This document shows, in pieces, positions 1 through 11,477 of a stretch of DNA of 64,000 nucleotides. The notes beneath the pieces were generated by a model. The model was not told where the DNA came from. It did no database searches and worked only from the letters and a program-made list of their open reading frames with translations. Location: NCBI GenBank assembly GCA_951406725.2, contig OX597833.1, positions 45,756,001 through 45,820,000 of the forward strand, read 5' to 3'. The stretch is from Octopus vulgaris. Taxonomy: Eukaryota. Every line of letters begins with the position of its first letter. The stretch's first letter is position 1. Position numbers and translations under genes: made by a program.

Positions 1-246
1 TTGCAAGGTTGAAGGGGATGTTTGTTTTAGTGTGTCTTGGGTGGCATGAATTAAAAAGAAGGTATTGTTTGGCGTCTGTGGCTTTGTAAAAAATGTCTGT
101 TTCTATTTTAAGGTTAATTTTTTTAATTAGTATATCCAAGAACGGGAGCTCCTTTTGGTTGTATTCCATTGTGAACTGTATATTTGGGTTTATGCTGTTC
201 AATAGGTTTTTAAATTTTAGGAGTTTATCTATGTTTTCATTCCAGA
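1..246 (-). mobile_element. Penelope-like element RT C-terminal fragment, running off the left edge of the window
   Basis: Open minus frame ...LNSINPNIQFTMEYNQKELPFLDILI...IETDIFYKATDAKQYLLFNSCHPRHTKTNIPFNLA; 5'-truncated at (TA)n. Confidence 0.85.
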
Positions 247-250
247 CTTT

Positions 251-311
<61 letters not shown>

Positions 312-676
312 AAGAGAGATTCTGTCTCTTTGTTTGTCCCGCTTTCTTTCTCTCTCTTTCTTTCTCTTCTCCTTCTTCCTCTCTTTGTCTCTCATTATAG
401 CAGAATGAATGATTTGCATTGTTATATGTTCGTGTGAGGAGTTTACAGGTTGATTGGAGATAAAATAAAGTTGGTAAATAGAATTAGCACAATAAATGAA
501 TGAATTAAATAAAGGAAATTTAAATACAAATAAGGTAAGTTTATAGTTAATAAAAGAATGGAATACTCGTTTATAAGGTATAGATAAAGTTTTTAAAATG
601 TGTACATATGCAAGTAGGCTTGTATACATATACACACACACGTATATGTATCCGTACGTCCGTATATATATATATA

Positions 677-1058
677 CTAGCAGTATCGCCCGGCGTTGCT
701 CAGGTTTGTAAGGGAAATAACTATAAAGCATTTTTAGAGAATTATAGCCAAAAAATAGAAAAAAAATGGAAAAAAATGATGGTAAATTTTTTTTTAGTTA
801 AAAATGGTGGAGTTGCGTCCCCTAGACAGTTTGCGGTTTGTGTTTCTAATTCTCGACCCCATGTCGAATTTATCGATTTTTTTCAGAACTGGGGGAACTT
901 TTCAAAATTTTCGCTGCGTTAGTTTTGAATTATGACATTGGGCTATGTGTGTGTCAAGTTTTATCAGAATCGGTTGAAAGCCGTGGTCAGGGTGAGGGTA
1001 CAAGCAAACAGACACACAGAAACACGCACAGACAAACTGCCGTTTATATAGAGAGAGA
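677..1058 (-). mobile_element. Non-autonomous Helitron-like element
   Basis: On minus: 5' TCTCTCTATATAAA, 3' hairpin CCTGAGCAACGCCGGG then ...GCTAG, inserted at A|T. Confidence 0.75.
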
Positions 1059-2320
1059 TATATATACACAGAGACACACACATATAATCACACATATACA
1101 TACATCCACACGAACACACATATCCGCGCATATACGTATATACACATATACATGCGCAAATACATTAATTCGTATGCACACTCACACATACATATATGTA
1201 TATATATGTGTTTACACTTTTTACCTACCACCCCAAAGAAGAAGTTAACATAGATCTATGTTGGTCAATTAATTCCAATTAGTTAATGAAATTTTGAATT
1301 ATTTTGTCTACTCTGTAGTGTTTCAAGGAAAGTATATGTGTTTTTATCAGTTTTGGAAACTTTTGGTGTTTGAATGTGCCTACGAAAATAACTAACATTT
1401 ATATACGCATGTGTACAAGCGTACGTAAATTTAATCATAGATATATATATGTTGGATCTTGCAGGCATGAAGTGGTTTCGAACCACCATAACCAAATTTA
1501 AATTAACAGTTCAACAGAACTTTTCTCACGGTGGAACAATGGTTTTTCTCTGACAGCAGTTTTACATTTGCCAGATTGCCTTAGCTAGGCCGAAATAATG
1601 TCTTCACCACTTGACCCTTCTGCTTCACCAAAAGCTAGAATAGAGATATCACTGTACCATCAACGAAGCCCATTATTCTCAACAATGTGTCTATCCTACT
1701 GGATAGTTATAAAAGCAAGAACTTCCAAGCAAAAACCAAGTAGTCACTTGGTGACAACTGAGCGAGGCGGCTCGTGACGACTCAGGTTGGGAACGGACTG
1801 CTAGAATCATGATCAGCATGAAGGCAGCTACTAAAGACATTGATCAACGAGAGAAATGATATTTACTCTTAGCAACTGCGAGACGACGTCCTACAACCTT
1901 GCAACTTTCACTAGCTCTAATTACAACATCATTCTATCTCTATTACTAAATAATGAAGAGAACACAAACACAAACTTTACTTCGCATGCTTTTGGATGTA
2001 TCATAACCTGCCCGTCGAGACAAGGTACTGTAACGTCACGGTAAATAAATATTTTCTTAAAATTTCATGCATTGTTCATCTTGCACCCTCTTTTACGATC
2101 CTATATCTCTCCTTACCCCTACACACTCAATAATACTATAAAAAGAGACGAATCCCCTCAAAAACTTCAAATCTGAAGAATCTACTAGAGTAGATGTAAG
2201 CGCTAATATATGATTTATAAAAATATGTGACAAATTAATAAAAATCTGTAAATGTACAACCATCCAGATTTCTGAGTACCTTATTTTTTCAAATATATAA
2301 TACCTGTACATCACCTCCAA

Positions 2321-2370
<50 letters not shown>

Positions 2371-2575
2371 CCCACCACCCCAAAAAAGAAAAAATAAGGC
2401 TATGCTGTAGCACTACCTTAAATGGCTTTAGTCGAACAGATCAACCCCTGTACTTATTCTTTGTAAGCTTAATACTCTTTTGTTGAACCGCTAAGTTACG
2501 GCGATATAAACACACCAACAGACACAAAGACACACAAATACTTAAATACCTATTCATACATACATACATACATAC

Positions 2576-2624
<49 letters not shown>

Positions 2625-2869
2625 CGTATGTATGTATGTATAATAGCAGTGTTCTTGCTTCCAACAGTGTTTTCATAAGTCTATATTTTATTATTGCTTA
2701 ATCAACATCGAAATATATGAGATCATAAGTAAAACAAAAACAAAAAAAAAAACCCCGTATCTTCTCTATCTACGATTTCGTTTGCTGGAATGTCTTTTTT
2801 TTTATTAGCTCTCCTGCTTCATTCACTGTATTAAGTGTTGAGAATACATACGCACATATGCATGTTGTT

Positions 2870-3170
2870 GTTTGTTTCTTCTCGAGCCATGCCTGGCTCA
2901 TAAGGGCCGGTTTCCCGGTTTCTTGGCGTATAGGTCCCTCACCTGGACGGGATGCCGGTCCGTCGCAGGTGAGCTGCAAGATGCAGGAGGAAAGAGTGAG
3001 AGAAAATTGTGGCGAAAGAGTCAGCAGAAGTTTCGCCATTACCTTCTGCTGGAGCCACGTGGAGCTTAGGTGTTTCGCTCATAAACACACACATCGTCCG
3101 GTCTGTGATTCGAACCCGCGACCCCACGACCGCGAGTCCGCTGCTCTAACCACTAGGCCATGTGCTTTCA
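2870..3170 (-). mobile_element. tRNA-derived SINE (family B head, alternative tail)
   Basis: A box TGGCCTAGTGG and B box GGTTCGAATC on minus; body shared with 33280-33580; tail ends (CAA)n. Confidence 0.75.
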
Positions 3171-6169
3171 CACATATGCATGGACATAAACATATACACA
3201 CGCATGCAGACGAGCACACTGAATTGATTGATATTCTTCGATATTTCCCGACAGGTATTTTGTAGGCATTATATATGCCCTCTGGTTAAAAACAGACAGC
3301 TTAGAATATGTAAATTTTTGTTTCTGTTATTTATTCAAGAAATAGATGAAGTATGGCGCCATTCATTGTTCCATGAATGACGGAATAAGACGCTTTATAT
3401 AATCTTTGAAGGTATGAGACATGGTAAATAGAACCAGTGTAGGCGAAGAAGCAATAGTGACTGAAATGGATTGGCTAAAACCAATACAGATGGGATAAAA
3501 ATCATTAAATAAAATGGTGTTATTGGCATTGTTGCAACGATCGTGTCTTTTACTCAGTTATGCGATCGGTCTCAGAGTTTGCTCTCTGTCGGCCACTTTA
3601 AAACGCTGTTAAAATAATTTTAACATGTAAAAATTATGAAGGTTACATATGTCCGATCAAGGTTATATTTATGCAAGAGGAAGACTGCGAGAAAGATATA
3701 ATATTTATGCTGCTCCTGATGTCTGGTAAGATATTTCCACACGAGAATAATTACTCTGATCCGCATTTATACAATAAAAAGAAAATGTGGAATATTCACA
3801 AATCATTTCGCAGACTTCAAGATAATTCAGTGGCTATTCACTTCGTCAGCTGCTGTTGAACTCATCTAGCTGCACGATTCTTTCATTCCTGTGACCAATG
3901 TTCTTGAAACCAATTTGAAGAAAAGAGCAATGTTATATACTGTTAGCAGGTTTTCACTTTTACTTGATTTAAACGCTTCGCACGAACTGAATGAAACTGT
4001 CTGACGGTAATATCGATTGAGAATTAAAGCACTTCAAAACTTTAATAAAAAGCAAACATCTTCAAGAATAGGACACCCACGTTTTCAAGCTCTCTATAGA
4101 ATCACAGTATAATTCAACTCACGTAAAGTTGAAGCAATATAACTATAGCTATTTAAACACCTAACGGAATCTTTATACTGAGGGAAAAAAGAACTGAAAG
4201 TGTTCTGTAAGCAATGATGATATAAGATAAAGTTACTGCAGTGAGTACTATATGAATAAAAAAATGATAAACATAATTTAGTACACCGTTTATGACACTT
4301 GCCTCATAAGAGCTACAAAGAGAATATATTAATAAGATGAGTGGCTTATTATGTTTTATCGTTGTATGCATGTCATGCACTGTGTTATCAGTTTTGATAT
4401 TTTATCAGTTGTAAGCAACTAATTATTTTATCACGTGCTTTCATTATTGATCATGTCTTAGTTTGATAAATATGCTTTGTGTTCTGACAACTACTAGGTT
4501 ATGAAAGTATTTTTCTTGTAGGAATTTTATACATTCAACCATTTGATTCAATGGAATCTAATTTCTCGTGTTATATTCCTATTGATTATTGTGTTTCAAA
4601 TTCATGAAAGGCAATATGCATATTGAAAGCATTTTTGCAAAGTCTATTTCTTGCATAACCGTGTTCACCTTTAAAATTTGTCAAACAGAATCCCATAGCT
4701 AAATTCGACCATGAATAAGTGACCATATTAAAGCAGGTAATATCTGGTTGGTTTTGTTTATATCCCATACATCAAGTAAACTAAATAATGTAAGACGAGA
4801 CGAAAAGTCTATGGATATTGAGTTCAATATCCTATTCATTCAGCCAACTCGCTCATACAATTAAAAGAAAAGAAAGGATCTCGTGTCGGTGACAACAAAC
4901 GAATGTACCAGTTGCTCGAACAACAGAACTATCAACACATTGTATTATAAATGGTTAAATATCCCACAGACACTTGTACTGTTTCAGACAGAATAAGCGG
5001 AACACTATATGACTGTGTGACAAAGCCGGTTCATTTTCACTCACCGAACCCAGGTCGCCTAGAGGCTACAATACATAAGACTTAGCTACAAAGGGATCAA
5101 ACAGGAACCACCACCTGAATGATAAGCGATCTTTATCTGTTCTATTTTGCGCTCATCATCGAGAGGAATGATTTTTAAGGTTAATAGAAACCCTCCTGGG
5201 GTTAAAAAGGGTAGTAACAGTGTTCTCTGCAGAACAACCACGTTGAGTTGGCAACAACCACTACTTTTCAGTAGAGTTACTACTTGCATCGCGTATAGAG
5301 ATTTTAGGACTAGCAACCTTTCTTACTGAAAGATCAACGGTTGCGTGTCGCTTGTTTGTTTATACATTGCGAACTGGGACGAACGACTGCTAAGTCTAGC
5401 AGACATGTATAACCAGTACCAAAGAAGGGTAATACCCAGAAACCAGTTGGGCAATTGGTTCCTGTCAACGCTGGATGGAAGTTGTTCGCTCCATTTTTTT
5501 GCAATATAACGGACACAGACAGTGTGTTGTTAACCAGTTGGAGATGTCCTCCTGGGGTTAAAAAGAGTAGTAATAGTGTTCTTTATGGAACAACCACGTT
5601 GAGGTGGTACCAACCATTACTTTTCGGTAGAGTTACTACTTACATCTGGTATAGAGATTTTAGAACTAGCTACAATTTAAATTTATATAGGTTAAGTTTC
5701 AAATCATCTCCCTCTTCGTGGAGCAGCGGGTGACAAATTAAAGTTAGTTTCAAATATACGATTAAGACTAAGTATAATTTAAAATATATGGTTGAGATCA
5801 TATGATTAGGACTGCTTGCGGTAGAAGTTATTACTCTTCCTCATGCTGTGAATGGAAACCAAATCAGCCAAGAAGACTACGTGTTGATCTACTAACGATG
5901 TTTGTGTAGCAAATTGAAAGCTACTTCAGGAATTTCGTTGACGAAGGGCAGTTTATTCTATATCGTCTCAATTTACTTTGACACTGAGGAAAAGCTGAAT
6001 AGAGGAGTGATTACATATTAAGAAAAATAAAATAAAAGATTAAGCAATTTAACATGTATGTGTGTGAGCAGGAGAGAGAGAGAAAAAAGGGCGCACATGT
6101 GAGAGTGGGAAAAGAGCGAGAGAGAGAGAGAGAGAGAAAAGAGAGAGAGAGAAAAGAAAGAGAGAGAAG

Positions 6170-6930
6170 AGAAAGCCCTCAAGTCAGTAATGCACAGACA
6201 TTGAACGAATACTGCAAAGCGATTTTGCCAATATGTGCATCTCACAAAGGTTTGTTTGTGGGCACTTCCGTACCTGTAGATTGTACCAAACAAGCAACGC
6301 TCCTTGTGGCATTCCCAAAGGCTTGCGAAATGTCCATAATCCTTGGTCTAAATGTTCTCCAGAAGAATCTACTCAAGCCTTTTCGTTGGCACCCGGTATC
6401 ACCCTCTCCTTTAAAATCAAAGTTGCTCATAAACTCCACTAGCCATCCAAAGAATGAGTCATATTTCTGCTTAACCGTTTAGAGAGGCGTGTGGTTTAGT
6501 GGTTATGGTGTTGGACGCATGATCGTAAGATTGTGGTTTCGATTCCTGGACCGGGCAATGCGTTGTGTTCTGGAGCAAAACACTACGGCATTGACCAGAT
6601 GGTAGAATGCAATGAACAGCTGGCAATGTTCCAGATGGCAAACATCCAAGCTCAGTTCGTGTTTGGCCTAGGATCACAACTCGGTCAAAGAGATAAGCTG
6701 CCGGAAAAGCGTATCGTACGAGCGGTGACCACAATTATCCATCGTCATTGTCGTCCAGCAGTCTCTCATCAGTTTTATCTATCTCAGTGCATGCAGGATA
6801 CGACGGCTCCTAGAAGTGGTTGATGGCAGCAGATGGATCTCCTGACCAATAGAGCTTACGCTCCAGTTTGGGCAGATATTTCCTAGGACAGGGCATGGCA
6901 GTAATACCATCAAAACTATACTGGAATTAG
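6170..6930 (-). mobile_element. Degraded Tx1/L1-clade LINE fragment (post-RT and zf-RVT-like region)
   Basis: Frameshifted minus peptides MPCPRKYLPKLERKL, LVRRSICCHQP, WSPLVRYAFP, IYRYGS...VQCLCITDL; homologous to 25480-25792. Confidence 0.6.
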
Positions 6931-6952
6931 TTACTTCTGCTTAACCGTTTAG

Positions 6953-7185
6953 AAAGGCATGTGGTTTAGTGGTCAGGGTGTTGGACTCATGATTGTAAGA
7001 TTGTGGTTTCGATTCCTAGACCGGGCAATGCACTGTGTTCTGGAGCAAAACACTTCATTTCACATTGCTCCAGTCCACTCAGCTGGCAAAAATGAATAAT
7101 CCTGTGATGGACTGGCATCCCATCCAGGTGGGGAATATATGCGCCATGGATACCTGGAAACCAGTTTATATGAATGGTGAGGGAC
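6953..7185 (+). mobile_element. tRNA-derived SINE family C (other copies 36757-37005 +, 48205-48415 -, partial 6483-6585)
   Basis: A/B boxes tggtttagtgg...ggtttcgattcc and shared body ttgctccagtccactcagctggcaaaaatga. Confidence 0.75.
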
Positions 7186-8181
7186 CTTTACTTTTTTTAA
7201 ATCTTTTCTCTTCTTTAACCGTTTAAATAGAACTTTATCTTGACGTATTTATCTGAATGAGACTGGTTCCTCAAGTTGCGACCTTTACATAGTTTTTTTT
7301 TAAATGGAGGTCCAGTTTTATCCAAATCCAGATCGCATTACTCGGACTCGAGTTCGGTAAGAGAATCTGCTGTGCTACAGTGGGAGCATTGTCTTAGTAT
7401 GATACAGAGGAATATTGTCTGTTCGGGATGTGGTTGGCTTCTTCAAGTGATGGAAACAACATCAGGAAGTAAATAAAGAAACTTGAAAATGTCAAAGTAC
7501 AAGGATCTCGAAATAGAAACAAACAAGATATAGAGAATGAAAGAGAAAACAGTACCAATAATAATAGAAGTACGAAGGGGGATGAAAAAAATGGAAATGA
7601 GCAAAAATATAAATACCATGTGAGAGCCAGCAATCCTATACATAGATCACCAAATAGTAAATTTTATTTTTGTTATTGTATTGTATTTTCTTACTCCCAG
7701 ATATATTTTGACAAGGCCGTTGCATTTCTTGGGCTTTTTTTTTCATAATCAATGCATGTGTTGTGTGTATCTGTCATTGAAATAAGCACCGATGTAATTT
7801 TCTTTTGTTTGATCTTTTGTGATATTGTTACTCTGAAATGAAATATTCTTGTAACGGCGGTCAACATTACCCAATAGAAGTAACATATACACAAAATTTT
7901 GATATAATAAAGTCACAAACTGAAAAAGTATATAAAGGAAAATATTCACCCACGCCACAGGCGAGAACCAGATATATAGAACCAGATATATTGAGAAAGA
8001 TTGTGAAAGAGTGGCAGCAAAACGGAGTGTGTGAGAGAGAGGGGGTGCAAGAAAATATGAGAGAAAGATAGTGTAACAGCGGGGGAAACAAACCAGTTGC
8101 GAAAAAAAAAGTATGACTGTGTACGGTAGAAATGAAAAGCCAAATAATGATAAAGAATGAGTACGATAATTAAAGGAGATT

Positions 8182-8597
8182 GGCTGCGAGCTGGCAGAAA
8201 CGTTAGCACGCCGGGCGAAATGCGTAGCCGTATTTCGTCTGCCGTTACGTTCTGAGTTCAAATTCCGCCGAGGTCGACTTTGCCTTTCATCCTTTCGGGG
8301 TCGATTAAATAAGTACCAGTTACATACTGAGGTCGATATAATCGACTTAATTCGTTTGTCTGTCCTTGTTTGTCCTCTCTGTGTTTAGCCCCTTGAGGGT
8401 AGTAAAGAAACAGGCATTTCGTCTGCCGCTACGTTCTGAGTTCAAATTCCGCCGAGGTCGACTTTGCCTTTCATCCTTTCGGGGTCGATAAATTAAGTAC
8501 CAGTTACGCACTGGGGTCGATGTAATCGACTTAATCCGTTTGTCTGTCCTTGTTTGTCCCTTCTGTGTTTAGCCCCTTGCGGGTAGTAAAGAAATAG
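8182..8597 (+). mobile_element. SINE family A with internal tandem duplication
   Basis: gagctggcagaaacgttagc...gagttcaaattcc...gcctttcatcctttcggggtcgataa; more copies at about 8935-9122(-), 18360-18550(-), 20808-21195(+), 29708-29930(-), 39950-40170(+), 45960-46160(+), 61988-62190(+). Confidence 0.85.
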
Positions 8598-9121
8598 ATA
8601 ATTAAAGATGACATGAAATAGACTGTAATAAACACTTTTTATCCACCGACCTTTTTATCTAAACACATTACGTAGCAACAAATGCTGTACGCATTTTCCC
8701 CTCAGTGACAAAAACATTCAATATCACTGTGACAAAAAACATGAAATAACACGATCACAAGGCGATAACCTTCCCCCAACCAAAACAAAAATATACATTT
8801 ACCCCTCACTAAACACATACATTACTCAATTGAAAATAAATACTATAAAAATCAGGCTAAAATAGCTAAACCCAAAGAAAAACATAACACTCTTTACAGT
8901 GTGTGTGTGTATATATACATACATACATGCATGCATAGGACAGACAAACGGATTAAGTAGATTACATCGACCCCAGTGGGTAACTGGTACTTATTTAATC
9001 GACCCCGAAAGGATGAAAGGCAAAGTCGACCTCGGCGGAATTTGAACTCAGGACGTAACGGCAGACGAAATACGGCTACGCATTTCGCCCACCGTGCTAA
9101 CGTTTCAGCCAGCTCGCCACC

Positions 9122-9169
<48 letters not shown>

Positions 9170-9175
<6 letters not shown>

Positions 9176-9471
9176 ACCACGTGACCGACCAGGCTATATG
9201 TTGCTACACATCGCTGGTCACAATGCGCTTCGCATTGTTTTAGCCTCCAAATGACGCCACCCCGCTGGCTAAGCGAGCAGGCCAACAGAAGAAAGAGTGA
9301 GAGAAAGTTGTGGTGAAAGAGTACAGCAGCGATCGCCCCCCCACCTGCCGGAGCCTCGTGGAGCTTTAGGTGTTTTTCGCTCAATAAACACAAACAACGC
9401 CCGATCTGGGAATCGGAACCGCGATCCTCCAACCGCAAGTCTGCTGTCCTAATCACTGGGCCATTGCACCT

Positions 9472-9474
<3 letters not shown>
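9170..9474 (-). mobile_element. tRNA-derived SINE family B
   Basis: Near-identical to 22495-22800(-) and 33280-33580(+); A/B boxes; tail of CACGTGA repeats. Confidence 0.85.
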
Positions 9475-9519
<45 letters not shown>

Positions 9520-9553
9520 GTATAATATATATATATATATATATATATATTTG

Positions 9554-9675
<122 letters not shown>

Positions 9676-9885
9676 AAAATAAGCAACAGGATAAAAAGAG
9701 GTGATTCAATACGCCCATTAAACGCGACTCCACTTAATTGAACAATGCAATCATTACATCAATTTAAATGCAGGGCTATCCTCAGCTGCATAAATAAATA
9801 AATGGAATATGTTTTATCAGCTGGACACATTGATTATAATTATAGTTTCACAGGGGTATATAATTAGGAGGCTTACTACACAAAG

Positions 9886-10035
9886 GCCATTACAAAATAC
9901 ATATTATGATTAGTAGGGTAGAACATCATACAAAGGAGTAAATGAATAAATTATGTTTGCGATGCTTAAACTATTTATTTATTCCTTTCTGTGATGTTCT
10001 ACCCTACTAATCATAATATGTATTTTATAATGGCC
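9886..10035. repeat. Long inverted repeat (about 65-bp arms, about 20-bp spacer)
   Basis: ggccattacaaaatacatattatgattagtagggtagaacatca... versus ...tgatgttctaccctactaatcataatatgtattttataatggcc. Confidence 0.85.
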
Positions 10036-10844
10036 TATAAAATCATGCATGTAATAACAAAGGTAACTTTATAACATATAAAATACCCGTTCGGTCCGAA
10101 TACCTCCTACTCCCCTCACTACAACCATACCTATTATTTCTTCTGTGGGATTACTTCTCCTACCTCAAATTTTAATACTCTGTCTCTTAAAAATGTAACT
10201 TATATACACATGTTATCTATACACACATATATATATATATATATACATTTTATCTATTCTGGTTATAATATCAATTTTAATCTTAAATTTTATCTTTATA
10301 CAACATAACAATATCGTTTATATACTATAATCCCTAGTACCCGATGATAATTTCCTCTGTATGAACATCATAGGTTTTATGAGCGTCTTGCGCCTTTAAC
10401 TAGTAATTAACATCTTGATTTGGGGTATTCCCCTACCCAGCCTCCTTTGTAGAAGTTACTTTTATAATAATCCTAAAATCCATACCCAGCTATGTGCTGT
10501 CAATTCACCCTGCCCTCCAGAACTATTTGAAATTTTCGAAAATCAAATTACTTTGTAAAATATACGACTATATCCTCAAGCGCAGGCGTAATTCTGTGGT
10601 AAGAACCTTGCTTCCCAACCGCATGCGTCCGGGTTCAGTCCAACTGTCTTGTACAATAGCCTCGGGCCGACGAAAGTGTTGTGAGTGAATTTGGTTGAAG
10701 GAAAGAAGCTCGTCAAATACATAGCAATGTAGGTGCTTCGGCAGCTTCAGTCACACTTGGTGACGGTTAAACTTTTCTTTTATGGTATCAGATTGCACCA
10801 AGCTGCTTGTATAAATTTTTACTACACACACATATATATATATC

Positions 10845-10889
<45 letters not shown>

Positions 10890-10904
10890 CATATGTGTAT
10901 ATAT

Positions 10905-11467
10905 ATATAATATAATATAATATAATATAATATAATATAATATAATATAAAATCGTTCTGTCTGTCTGTGTGTCTTCTAGGATCTCGGGCATCCTCCATC
11001 CGATTGCGCTCAAATTTGATATGTTGATACCGACGGTATCAGGGCGTGTATAAGTCTTGAAAAAATTTCAAAAATCGATTCCAGGTGAGAATGCGATCGA
11101 TAAAGCCGTGGGAACGTGCATTTGTACGCGCAAGTACAATAGCTGTTGCGATCGGTATTACACGTACGCGAGAAAAATACATGCAGTTTGCCGACTGGCT
11201 TGAAATAATGCCACAAAATGCAGTATATTTAAGAGACCAAAAATGTAAGATGCAAAAGAGATATTTTCTTCAAACTTGACATGAAGGAAGGACTATTTGG
11301 TTTCTCAAGAAGTTTCTTTTTTTGCCTTAACTTCGTTTAACAAAACCAAAAATTTTATTGAAATAAAGGCATGCTTAATTATGTTTTAATGAAAAGAAAA
11401 CACAGATTGCTTTTTATTCGGCAGATATGATTCAGCACTGCCCATTGGACGAGAGGCGTTTTGCTCG
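10905..11467 (+). mobile_element. Non-autonomous Helitron-like element (degenerate ends)
   Basis: 5' (TAATA)n-TAAAA then tctgtctgtc...ccgattgcgctcaaattt, like the other Helitron heads here; ends GCTCG|T (CTAG variant). Confidence 0.5.
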
Positions 11468-11477
11468 TATATATATA

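Noticed and set aside
6763-6772. CTGATGAG on the minus strand
   Set aside because: No downstream stem II and GAAA; lies within a Tx1-like coding remnant
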